Assembly (NCBI GenBank): GCA_951406725.2
Contig: OX597818.1
Location: 47,616,001 to 47,680,000 of the forward strand
Length of the DNA: 64,000 nucleotides
From: Octopus vulgaris
Taxonomy: Eukaryota
Direction: 5' to 3'
Shown: piece after piece, positions 27,085-39,327 of the stretch
Layout of the letters: every line of letters starts with the position of its first letter
Position numbering within the stretch: position 1 is the first letter of the stretch
The notes under the pieces: model-generated
What the model was told of the DNA's origin: nothing
The model's database searches: none
What the model saw: only the letters and a program-made list of their open reading frames with translations
Translations under genes and position numbers: made by a program

Positions 27085-30000
27085 ATATACATATACATAC
27101 ATATACATATATATACATATATAATAAATATAATAATGTATTATATAATAAATACATGTATTATGTGTGTGTAAGCTTGTGTGAGCTTAGGTTTACAAAC
27201 ATGAAAAAAGAGTTCTCAGTGAACATAGTTAAATCTATTCCTTTATGTGAAGCTAAATTGTTCCCATATCTACTCTGAGTTTCTCTCATTTTATAAGCTG
27301 TTCATTACTTGATGGACATCTATAACACATGAAGAACTTGAATGAATGTGAGTGTATGTATGTTTATGTATTTTCATCTTAAAGTTGCCACAACTGAGAT
27401 TGGTTCACAACACCACACCAAGAATCACTGTCTTGCATTGAGCATAGTAGTAGAGATTTATGGACTGTATCCATAAATCTTGTCCTTGGTATCATTCTGT
27501 TGCGACCTGAGTAATTTTAGATTTTCCAAGCAATTTATAGAAATAGTAGCATAACAAATTGAATTAAAATTTTTAGGTCTCCTCAAAATTTAACACTAGA
27601 AAATAAGGTTTATTTAAATGATATAATCCCAAGATTTCAGTTATAAAACTCTAAAAAGAACTTTCAATCATAACTTCCAAAGAGTTACATGTTGGCTCAA
27701 AAAGAAGCTTATAAATAAGATTGAAAAAATATGGAAAAATTGCTTCTCTTAGATTTTTTTTTTTTTTTCTTATTAATAATGAAATTTGTTAACAGCTTTT
27801 CAGAATTGAACACCTGATGATGTATGTATGTTATTTAGTAAATATGCATATCTATCTGAATATTATATATTTCTACTATCTGTATGCTAAGGATACTGCT
27901 GAGCCGAATACTCTTAATATACAGATTGTTGAACTCGTGTGAGTGTGTGTATATATACATACATACATACATACACACTCGCATACATATATTAACTGCA
28001 AAGCTATGAAGTTTAAAGTTGTGTAGCTTTACTGCTAATAAATATAAATATATACATATATTCTGTTAGAACTTCTTTTCCTCCTGTTTTTATTACCAAA
28101 CCTATACACACACATTACATTCTAGAGTATATATATATATATATATAAGATAGTGGTATTTTGCAAGTTAGCAAAGATATACTTTGGTGAAAGGTACAAT
28201 ACGAGGTATATATTTTTGTCATTGAAGTTAACTTGAATGTTAAAAATATATAATTGATACTCATAAAAATCAGTTAATTTTATGATTTGTTCTACTGCCA
28301 ATATTGTTGTGGGGTTTCATTTCATTTATTTATTTATTTATCTAGGTAGTTATTTTCATTGTTACTGCTGTTATTGCTGCTACTGCTGCCAAACTAAACA
28401 GTTGTTCTCCATTTCATTTTACCATTTCTGCTATCTCTGTTTTCATTTGCAGTAGTGATTTCCATTCATTTTCAACATACTACCAAGCAACATTTTCCTT
28501 TTCTTAAATAATCTGTTTAGTCCTTTAAATATTTTTTTAAAGATTTCCCTAAAATTAATTAATTAAAATATATAAATTCACAAAATTCCAAATCAAGTTT
28601 CTCTTTTGTTTATTTATTTATTTATTAATTTTTTTTTTTCTTTAAAATATATTCAAAAAAAGTTTCTCATTTTGTTTATTTCTGTCTTTGTTTTAAACAT
28701 TGAAACTTTCATAGAAATTCCCAAGTTCTGCAGTGTATAAACATTTACCTATTTTATAAGACATCGAACATCTTCATTTCCATAAAAATAAATGCCCAGA
28801 TAGATATGTTTCCAATGTACAACTGAATTATGTTTTCTTCTTTCGTAAAAAACAGGGTTTCAAATGACTGTTTTGTTAACATTGTTTCAATGTAGATATT
28901 TATTTTATGTATACAAAGCAGCATATCAATAGGAAAAAAAAACAAGTATTTACCATTTAAAAAAAGGCTAATAGCTCCTTTTTTTTTTCTCCCACCAAAT
29001 TACTTGTTTATTGCATCTCTTATTTCTCTGTTTTCGACAGTTACATGTGTGTATGTATGTAGTTATGCTTGCATACATACATGTGTCACTTCAAAGAATT
29101 ATTTCAAATACTTATACCACTCTTTTGCAGTGTTGTCTGTAAAAAAAAAAAAATGCCACTTAGCACTAATTGATGTTCTATAGATATTGCTCTGTGGCTG
29201 CAAATTCCATTACTCCTCCTGTCCTCCAATTTCTCATGTGAGAATGATTTACAAGAATATAAGCGATTTCAGTCGTGAAATTGCAGTTCCCAGCACAAAC
29301 TTAAAGCTTCACAGCATATTTCTCAAGTCCATATCTCTCTAAGCAGCATTTTTATACTGTTTTCAACAGACGTTAAAAAGCAAAAAAGAGAAAAAAATGA
29401 AAACTGAATTTAATTTTATAAAAATGCATTATTCTTTGAAAATAATTTTCTGATGGCGTATGGATTTTGTAACTTACAAATCCTTTCTTTATATGTATTG
29501 TGAATTTTATTTATAAAAAAGAACTCATTTAAAATTTATTTTGAAATCTAATTTTTAGTGTTCCTCAAAATAGCATCCTAAATATCTTACCTTTAGCTAG
29601 ATTTATAAGTATTATACTATAGTATTAGATTAGTTTTATAATGATAAACCAGTTTTTATATTAAAGATATCTCCAAACTATTTTGTCAATTTATACTTTA
29701 TATATGTGGCAGGGGCTCAGTGTAAAGTAATGGAATGTGAGTAAAACTAGAAGTATTATTCATTTGTGCATATATATTTATATAAATATATATAAGCACA
29801 TATAATAGTGTAGATATAGTAGGGAGCAAATATAATCTCTTTTTAATTTGATATTGTCACTTGTTAAGAAACTTTTGGTTTTTTAAAAGCAAGGATTATA
29901 GGAATAAATTTTGGAAAAAATATTCCTCAATGTTTTAAATTACAGCCTTTACCAGTTAGTCTTCCCGTTACATTTGATTCTATAAATTTAGAATATTGCT

Positions 30001-32875
30001 TAAAGACAGCGATATAGGAAGTAAGTTTTAAAACAATTAAATACTCTTTGCATATCCTTTTGTACGCATCTTCAGTGAGATTTGGACTTGTTGATATTGC
30101 TTTTATTCTTGGAAATGATGGACTGGTACTTTTAATTATTTTTCCTTTTTTTTTTAAAAAAAAACCTCACTTAAATTGAGATCATTTTTGTTTTTCTGAT
30201 ATTTTTCACTCTTTAAAGTCTTATCTATTTTCACCGTGTCAAAATTTCTTCAAAGTCCAGTTTGAAGATATAGTAGCTTTAAACTGTAAAACTGTAGGAT
30301 GTCTCCTTAAAACAACAATGATGATACATTCATTAATAAAATATTTGTATCAAACATTGATTATACTTTGGAGGAAACACTTATACATTTAGATTATGAT
30401 TGTGATGAAGATAAAATATTTTCTAAAGCAACACCACTCTATTTAACTTTGTGCTAGCATTATCTTTACTCTGTATTTTTTTTCCCCCTTTAATTGAAGT
30501 TTTTAAAGATAGAATGAATTCAGTAGTCAAGGTTTTAATGAATACATTATTCAAAGTAAAGATCTTTGTATAATTCTTCAACTTTTATGAAACTGATAAT
30601 TATATTTGGAGAATTGCATGTTGCCTCTTTTTTTTTTTTATGTGTTTGTCATAAAAGAAGCTTACATTTTACACAATCCATAAAGACAAACTAGACATTC
30701 TGGATTTTCTACTTTACTTTCAATGATTTAAAATATAAAATGAGATTAACTACTTTATTCACTGGACTTGTTCCAAAACCTTTAACACCAGCCCAATATC
30801 TCTCTGATGCTTGTGAAAAAAAAAGAAGAAAACCTTGTCAAATTTAAGTATTTTAAATGCTTAATCTTTACTAAGAATCAGGAACATCAACTGAATGTGC
30901 TAATATCTAACACACTGTTTTGCTTGCTATTTTTTGTGTTGACATTTTTTTGTCTTCAACAATTCATCAAATGTAAAAGTAGAATTTTTTGTTTCTTTCT
31001 ATTTTCTTTTAATGATTGTTGCATCAGAGGTTGAGTATGAAAATGTCATCCGTCAATTTTTCAAACTGTTTAACTTCTCAAGTTCCGTGAACACAGTTTC
31101 CATTTTTATTATGCTGCTAAAACAAATTCTTCAGGTTAAAAACTAGGTGTTCTTATTTTCTTAACTGCACTTTTTTTTAAATAAAAGTTTGCATATATAT
31201 ATCTGTGAAATTAAGGGTAGGTATAATGAAGTTAGATGTTAAGAACAATCAGAGTTCTGTCTCTATTACAATACTCCATGCTTAACTGGCTTGTGAAATT
31301 GTATAATATTCAGTTATTCCCATAAATTATGTTGCTTTAAATGTAGAAATTTTAGCTTAATTGTTACTCTATATGAAAAGAAGAAATCGACTTTCATTTT
31401 AAACACCATTTTTATTGAAATGAAAACACGCTTTTTTATGAACCATTTTTCATAAAATTTTCTTTAGTTCACTTGTCATTTCTTATCGGTGGCTACTTTT
31501 TTAATCACTTGATTTAGATTTCAAATCCTCTATTACATAGAAAATATCTTAATCATTATAATTTCTATTATATTCGTTTCAATGGTGCAAATAGTAAAGA
31601 GAGTAGAATATATTTATAAAAGGGATTAAAACTATTTTTCTTTTAAATTCTGTTTCTCTTTCTTATTTCTCTCCATTCCAATATTTTAGTCAGTGTCCTT
31701 AATAATAATAATCTAATATGGATCTTTACATTATATAAGGTATATATACTATTTAATGTTTGGCTGCAATCCTCATGATAATTCTTTTCTATCTATCCTC
31801 TTTTAAACTATTAAATTACAAAAATTAAATTATATCCACTTTGCCAAAATATTCTGAAATGTTTCGTATAAGCATTTCTTAAAACTCTAAAATTCTTTTA
31901 GATTGTTGTCCCAATCACGAAAAAGTAGCAAATTTTTAGTACATATTCATCAATCAGTAAGTTTGTTTCCATTGTGCATGAATACAAGATACTGATTCAC
32001 CAACATACAATAGTTTCCTTTACATGTCACTGATGCATGTTTCAAATTTCAAGATATTTTCTGAAAATACCATTCATTTTCAATGGTTGCCACATATAAG
32101 ATTTTAAAAAGATTTGCACAAATAGTTTATAAACTCGCAGGAACATCTATTATTCAGAAATGTTTTATATGCATTAATAACTGTTTATTTTCTCCCTTGC
32201 AACCCTGCTGAAAGTATACTTTACAATAACAGTCTTGAGCATTTCATTTTGTTCCAGCTCTCTCGTCTTCTCAGTTCATGGATTAAAAGGCTTGTATTCT
32301 CTGCTCCATGTCTACATTATTTGAGTTATTATTATTAAAAAAATGTGATATTTGAGCCACTTCCTTGCCAGTTTCATAATATTTATAACTATGGTCCAAA
32401 CTATTAATCACTGGTTTTACATTCCAAGTTCTCTCTACTTTAAAGACATTCCACTATCTTTGAAGAACTTCATTCAAAATGAAATCAATAAAAATAGTTA
32501 TATCAAATTCAATTCTTTTAGACTGTCTCTTTAAATATTAATATTAAAGAACAACTGGGCTGACCTGATGTATATTATGAGTGGTAAGAAGATGGCATAT
32601 AATTTTCTTTTCTATTTTTTTTTCATTTTTGTTTTTTTTCCTCCCTAAAACAACATATTCATGTTTTAAACGGTAAAAAGTGAACTTTTTGGTATATATT
32701 AAAAAAAAAATTTTTTTTTTCTTTTTAGTCAATTCTGTATGAATATATGTATCTGAAATTTATTTCTCAATTTTTTTTTGCTTTTTGAGTTTTCAAGTAG
32801 CTCAAGTTTAGTCTTATGTGTATATTATGTGAATATTTGTATGCATGCGTGTATGTATGTATATATGTATGTATA

Positions 32876-32921
<46 letters not shown>

Positions 32922-33721
32922 TATATATATATATATAAACTTTGCATAATATTTAGTTGAGCTGCTGGAATTTTGTAATGCTATTTGTATTTCTTGACTT
33001 TGTAAGATAGTATCAAAGCAGCCAGCCACCTACCCACCGATCTCGCAATTTTGGGTTATTCTTTCAAAATGTTTTTGAAGTTGCAGTGTACCAAGATGGT
33101 TTTTTTTTTTTTTTTACAATATATTGTCAACCTCACTTACATCAATTAAATAATTATAGTATTCCGTAGTGACTAAAATACTAGAGTCACACAAAACGAT
33201 TATGATTTTTAAAAATAAATTACAAGCATTCATATATTTTTTTTTGTATGTTTGACTGTATATATGTATATATATTAATATATGTGTGTGTGTATATACA
33301 TATATATATATGTATATATATATATATTTATACGTATATGTATGCATGTGCGTATATATACATATATACAGGCCAAATTAATGTAATAATCATTTATATA
33401 ATTTATTATGAAAAATACAGAACCAAATATATGGTAGCTTTTGTTTAGATTATTCCTGATACTGATTGCACTTTACACTGGGGATTTTTGACGAAATCGT
33501 TCCACCTTATTTTGGGGTGTGACTTTTCTATAATGGCGAAAATTGTCATGTCACATTTGTATGGCAATTATAGATTTCACTGAAAAATTATTTTTTAACA
33601 AAAAAACCATAAAAAAAAAACGTTGTAAACATATGAAAACGAAATCTTGTTTTATTTATTTATAATTATTTTATGACTGGCGATATTTGTATATCAACCT
33701 CTGATGTATTAGAAAAGTTAG

Positions 33722-33995
33722 CTAAACTGAGTGGTGGACAAGAGTACATCGCATTAATGTTAACTACACTAAGTCGTTAATGGCAATGCACTGTAGAGTG
33801 TTGATTAAACTAAGTGCTGGACAATAGTCCATCACAAATTTTAACTTCACTAAGTAGTGGGCAGCAGTAAAACTACAACAGTGTTGACTGAAGTAACTGA
33901 TGAGCAGTGGAACGCTGAAACAATTGTTATCTGAACTGAGTGGTTGACATGCAAACCACTTATACATTCAATAGACTGAGTGCTGGACACTGGTA
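33722..33995 (+). repeat. Degenerate ~41-bp tandem repeat with conserved core ACTRAGTGSTKGACA
   Basis: Cores start at 33726, 33768, 33809, 33849, ~33890, 33935 and 33975. Units 1-2 and 3-4 form an ~83-bp higher-order duplication. Confidence 0.65.
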
Positions 33996-34222
33996 CGCCA
34001 CAAAAGAGTGGTTTAGGCATTTTGGTCAGCTGCTTTCTTTGGGACCATTTTATGCAACAGTTGCCATTCTTTTCATTTTGAGTGAAACGAGTTAACACTG
34101 GAATAAAGTTATTAGGTTTCATTAATTTTGAATTGAATTCTTCTCGCTTTGATCACTTGGTAACCTATTTGGGATAATTACTAGAACAATTAAAATTTTA
34201 TTTTGTAATTTTCAAGTAAAGA

Positions 34223-34300
34223 AATAAAATTTCTCTTAAAATAATACTCTTTATTGTTTATTTTTTAATTTTTTTTATTATTTGTTTGTGCTTAGTTTCA
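34223..34300 (+). promoter_or_regulatory. Candidate polyadenylation signal and downstream U/GU-rich element
   Basis: AATAAA at 34223-34228 (a second one at 34102-34107), then ttattgtttattttttaatttttttt...tttgtttgtg. Repeats resume immediately afterwards. Confidence 0.45.
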
Positions 34301-34412
34301 GCAAGCTTTTAAATTAAAGAACTTATTCGTGTGATATCTTAACGAAGTGCATTTATTCAGATTATATGTAAATTCACTGCTCAAATTGTGTCAAGATGAT
34401 AATGATAATCTC

Positions 34413-34815
34413 AGGTGTAGCAGTAAGGTAAGAAACTTACTTCTCAGCCACATAGTTCTGGGTTCAGTCCCATTGTATGGTACCTTGGGCAAATGTCTTC
34501 TATTATATATTTCTTTACTACCCACAAGGGGCTAAACATAGAAGGGACAAACAAGGACAAACAAATGGATTAAGTCGATTACATTGACCCCAGTGCGAAA
34601 CTGGTACTTTATTTATCGACCCCGAAAGGATGAAAGGCAAAGTCGACCTTGGCGGAATTTGAACTCAGAACGTAACGACAGACGAAATACCGCGAAGCAT
34701 TTCGCCCGGCGTGTTAACGTTTCTGCCAGCTCGCCGCCCTAATGTCTTCTATTATAGCCTCATGTCAACCAAGGCCTTGTGAGTGGATTTGGTAGACAGA
34801 AACTGAAAGAACTGT
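34413..34815. mobile_element. CORE-like SINE (+) interrupted by an antisense tRNA-SINE (34508-34740)
   Basis: 16-bp target-site duplication aatgtcttctattata at 34492-34507 and 34741-34756. Confidence 0.85.
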
Positions 34816-34974
34816 GTTGTGTGTGTGTGAATCTCAAGTATAATCAGCCAAAATTGCGAAGTTAATCTAGTACTTGACTGAGGAAAGAAAACTCTGAATG
34901 ACCCGTCCTTGTTTTCTTTGTATTGTCTATCTGGATGTTTTGTTGTCCCATCTGACTGTCCAGATATTTGGCGT

Positions 34975-35335
34975 TGAGCACCAGTCGAACATGATCGTTG
35001 CCAGAGCGGCTAACTGGCTTCTGTGCTGCTGGCACGTAAAAGGCACCATTCGAGTGTGATTGTTACCAGTGTCACCTTACTGGCACCTGTGCCGGCGGCA
35101 TGTGTAAAAAGATTCGAGCAAGGTCGTTGCCAGTACCGCCTGACTGGCCCCCATGCCGGTGGAATGTAAAAACACCCACTACACTCTTGGAGTAGTTGGC
35201 ATTAGGAAGGGCATCCAGCTGTAGAATCTCTGCCAGATCAAGATTGGAGCCTGGTGCAGCCATCTGGTTCGCCAGTCCTCAGTCAAAATCGTCCAACCCA
35301 TGCTAGCATGGAAAGCAGACGTTATGCTGAATGAG
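34975..35335 (+). mobile_element. RTE-type LINE 3' end
   Basis: Family internal repeats and the tail motif gtccaacccatgctagcatggaaagc. Confidence 0.75.
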
Positions 35336-35861
35336 GATATTGGTGTGTGCCTGTTTGTACCCCACCATCACTTGACATCCAGTGTTGGTGTGTTTACATC
35401 CCTGAGACTTAGCAGTTAAGCAAAAGGGACCAATAGAATAAGTACCAGTCTTTAAAAAATTTAAGCACTGGTCTTGATTCATCATTCAACTAAAAATTCT
35501 TCAAGGTGGTACCACAGTCTAATGATTGAGACAAGTGAAAGATAAAGATAGTCAGCTAAGAATCTGTGAAAACAGGCCCTTGTATATTTGTCAGTACAAT
35601 GGGTAGATTAATATCCCTTTCTGATGGGTGCCACCTTCAGTTATCACCCAACTTGTGTGCAAAACTGACTGGTGAAATCGATTGAAATGGATCCTTAATA
35701 CTGTATGGTAAAAAAATATCAATACACACACACAGTTGCAAGCATAGCAGTATGTTTGTGTGTATGTGAGTTTGTGTAAGCGTGTCTGCGTAGGGTTGTA
35801 TGTGGCATTTGTGTAGGGGTATATGTGCGTTCCTGTGTGTATGTGTGTGCATGCGTGTGTG

Positions 35862-36230
35862 TCATCGTTTAACGTCCATTCTCCATGCTAGCAAGGGTTG
35901 GACGGTTCAACCGGGGATCTCGGAAGCCAGAAGGCTGCACCAGGCTCCAGTCTGATCTGGCAGTGTTTCTACAGCTGGATGCCCTTCCTAACGCCAACCA
36001 CTCCGTGAGTGTAGTGGGTGCTTTTTATGTGCCACCTGCACAGGCGAGGCTAGCAACAGCCACGATCGGATTGGTGCATTTTACGTCCCACTGGCACGGA
36101 AGCCAGTCGAGGCGGCACTGGCATCGGCCACGATTCGGATGGTGCTTTTTACATGCCACAGGCACGGAAGCCAGTCAAAGCGGCGCTGGCATCGGCCACG
36201 ATTCAGATGGTGCCTTTTACGTGCCACCGC
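35862..36230 (-). mobile_element. RTE-type LINE 3' end, antisense
   Basis: catcgtttaacgtcc..ccatgctagc...ggatgcccttcctaacgccaaccactcc is the reverse complement of the family tail. Confidence 0.75.
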
Positions 36231-36252
36231 CATATATATATATATATATATA

Positions 36253-36540
36253 TACGACGTTCTTCTTTCAATTTCTGTCTACCAAACTCACAAGGCTTTG
36301 GTCGACTTGAGGCTATAGTAGAAGACACTTGCCCAAGGTGCCATGCAACAAGACTGAACCTGCGGAACCATGTGGTTGGGAAGCAAGCTTCTTACCACAC
36401 AGCCACACCTGCATATATATATGGTGCCGGGTTCAGTCTCATTGTGAGGAACCTTGGGTAGATATCTTCTACTATAGCCTTAGGCTGCCCAAAGCCTTGT
36501 GAGTTGATTTGGTAGATGGAAACAGAAAGAAGCTTATCAG
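36253..36540. mobile_element. Two head-to-head CORE-like SINEs (minus 36253-36410, plus 36425-36540)
   Basis: ggctatagtagaagacacttgcccaagg on one side and its reverse complement ccttggg..tcttctactatagcc on the other. Confidence 0.7.
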
Positions 36541-37429
36541 ATATATATGTGTGTGTGTGTATCTATTTATATCTTAATGAGTTTGTGTATATCTTTGCAT
36601 CTTTGTTTGTCCCCTCACCATCACTTGACAAGCTTTGTGAGTGAATTTGATTGACAGAGGCTGAAAGAAACCTGTTCTGTGTGTGTGTGTATGTATTATA
36701 TATGTATGTATGTATCACATATATATATGTACAAAAATATATATGTGTGAAGGTGTGTGGCTTAGTGGTTAGGACATTCAACTCGTGATTGTAAGGTCTT
36801 AAGTTCAATTCCTGGCAATGCTTTGTGTCCTTGAGCAAGACACTTTATTTTACGTTGCTCCAGTCCACTCGGCAAAAATGTACCTGTATTTCAAAGGGCC
36901 AGCCTTGTCACGCTGAATCTCCCTGAGAACTACATTAGGGGTACAAGTGTCTGTGGATTGTGCAGCCACTTGCACATTAATTTCACAAACAAGCTGTTCC
37001 ATTGATTGTATCAGCTGGAACCCTCGTCATCATAACAAACGGAATATGGGTGTATGTGTGTTTGTGTTTGTCCCCTACCACCACTTAACAACTGGTGTTT
37101 GTTTACATCCCAGTCTCTTAGTGGTTCAAGGTGGTTTCCCCATGCATGGCTGAAGTTCAATTACTGAAACAAGTAAAAAGTAAAAAAAAAAATGCAGGTG
37201 TGTGGCAAGACGGTTTGCTTCCCAACCACATGGTTCCACACAAGAGTCTTCTGCTATAATCTCAGGCCAACCAAAGCCTTGTGAATGGATTTGGTAGACA
37301 GAAACTGCAAGAAGCTTATATATAGAGAGAAGTTTCAGGTGTGGAAATTTAAACATAAGCATTTTGTTGTAATAAGGAAAATATACTCGCAATTTCCCCC
37401 TAAATAAGCAAATACTGTTGGGCAATAAC

Positions 37430-38068
37430 TAGTGACTGAGACCTTTGGAAATATACTGTGCTTGAGAAGACCCAGCAAGCCAAGTGAGACCATAACTTTG
37501 TGGCCTATGCCAGGTGTGTAACCAATCCACTTATGTGTACCTTTCCTTCACTGGACACTAAGCTTTGCTTGCGAAGACCTGTTAAGGCAAGTGAAATTGA
37601 AATTGAAATCAAAATCGAATTCGATGACTGGCATCTGTGCTAGTGGAGTGCTAAGAGCACCATCTGAGCGTGATCGTTTCTAGAGCAGCTAACTGACTCC
37701 CATGCCAGTGGCACGTAAAAAGCCTCATTCAAGTGTGATCATTACCCGTGTCGCCTTACTGGCACTTGTGCCGGTGGCATGTGAAAAAAACATTCGAGCA
37801 AGGTCATTGCCAGTACTGCTGGACTAGCTCCTGTGCAGGTGATGCGTAAAAAACACCATTTGAGCGTGGCCATTGCCAGTACCGCCTGACTGGCACATGA
37901 AAACACCCACTACACTCTCGGAGTGGTTGGTGTTAGGAAGGGCATCCAGCTGTAGAAACTCTGCCAGATCAGATTGGAGCCTGGTGCAGCCATCTGGTTC
38001 GCCAGTCCTCAGTCAAATCGTCCAACCTATGCTAGCATGGAAAATGGATGTTAAACGATGATGATGAT
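37430..38068 (+). mobile_element. RTE LINE long 3'UTR fragment
   Basis: gagaagacccagcaagccaagtgag (also seen after the RTE ORF at about 12450), then the internal repeats and a (GAT)n tail. Confidence 0.75.
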
Positions 38069-38533
38069 ATAGATATATATATTAGTTTGCAACACCTTGA
38101 AATCATTTAAAATACAACAAACAGCCAGATTATATTAGATATGAAGTATTGTTATCTATTTTTCGTTTTGATAAATTTTAGTAACTTGTGTTGAATAAAT
38201 TTACTGTCAGAGATTGTATCTTCTACTAGAGTTAAGTTCATGACAGAGAAATTATGGTAACTGAGATAAGCCTTCGTATCTCAGTGGTTGTTGCAAATTT
38301 CAAACAACTGTTGAATGTTCAGCATTTAGTTCTTTCATAGTCTCTGAAGTTGTTTTGCAGGTGACTGCTCCAATAATACCCTTTAATTGGTCATTGTAAA
38401 TTGCAAAAGGTTCCCCCTTCCTTTACTCATCATTAAGTCTCTCATTCTTATTTTGAAATGTTAGGAACCAACGGTTCCTAACATTTCCCAACGATTCAAT
38501 TCGTTTCGTTTCTTCTTCTTCTCTAAGCTGGTT

Positions 38534-38792
<259 letters not shown>

Positions 38793-38796
<4 letters not shown>

Positions 38797-39211
38797 AACT
38801 CCTCCCATGCTGTGATTGTTTTTGTTTCCGCACACAATCTCAGATCAAGGTACTTGCTATGCAAATACATCTCCGTAATATGTATATATATATATTACGG
38901 AGATGTACTTGCATAGCAAGTGCCTTGATCTGAGATCGTGTGCGGAAACAAAAACAATTGCAGCATGGGAGTTGTTTATAAGCCATTTAAAAGCAAACAG
39001 GAAAACCATTAGATTCACTTCAACATTTAAATTTAATTTGTCAAAATATTCACTGACAAAATTTTGTGCAGCACAAAATTTTGTCAGTGAACATGTTGCG
39101 GTTTTAAAGTGACGAAAATATTTTGACAAATTAAATTTAAATGTTGAAATGAATCTAATAGTTTTTCTGTGTGTTTTTAAATGGCTTATTAAACATCTTC
39201 TATGCTGCAAT

Positions 39212-39215
<4 letters not shown>
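38793..39215. mobile_element. Double fold-back element in (TA)n, probably a Penelope-like terminal repeat
   Basis: Inverted arms 38793-38880/38893-38980, plus a second fold-back spanning 38978-39189 that contains a hammerhead-like motif. Confidence 0.6.
39077..39132 (+). ncRNA. Minimal type I hammerhead ribozyme motif, G3-C8 core variant
   Basis: tttgtca-GTGAACA-t-gttgc-ggttttaaa-gtgac-GAA-AATATT-T-tgacaaa. Stem I has 7 bp, stem II has 5 bp with GU pairs, and stem III is palindromic. Confidence 0.55.
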
Positions 39216-39251
<36 letters not shown>

Positions 39252-39327
39252 ATATACATATATATATATATATATATGATGATATATATATATATATATT
39301 TCATTTCATTTGAGTTTGAATCCATGC

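Larger units (their letters stand above)
13555..34245 (+). other. Putative very long ADAR1 3'UTR (extent inferred)
   Basis: No credible coding exons. I saw no copies of the SINE/RTE families that are dense on both sides. The region is AU-rich and ends at a canonical poly(A) signal with a downstream U/GU element. Confidence 0.45.

Noticed and set aside
33722-33995. CRISPR array (repeat-spacer look)
   Set aside because: The context is eukaryotic, the cores are degenerate 15-mers, the linkers are related to each other (83-bp duplication), and there are no cas genes.
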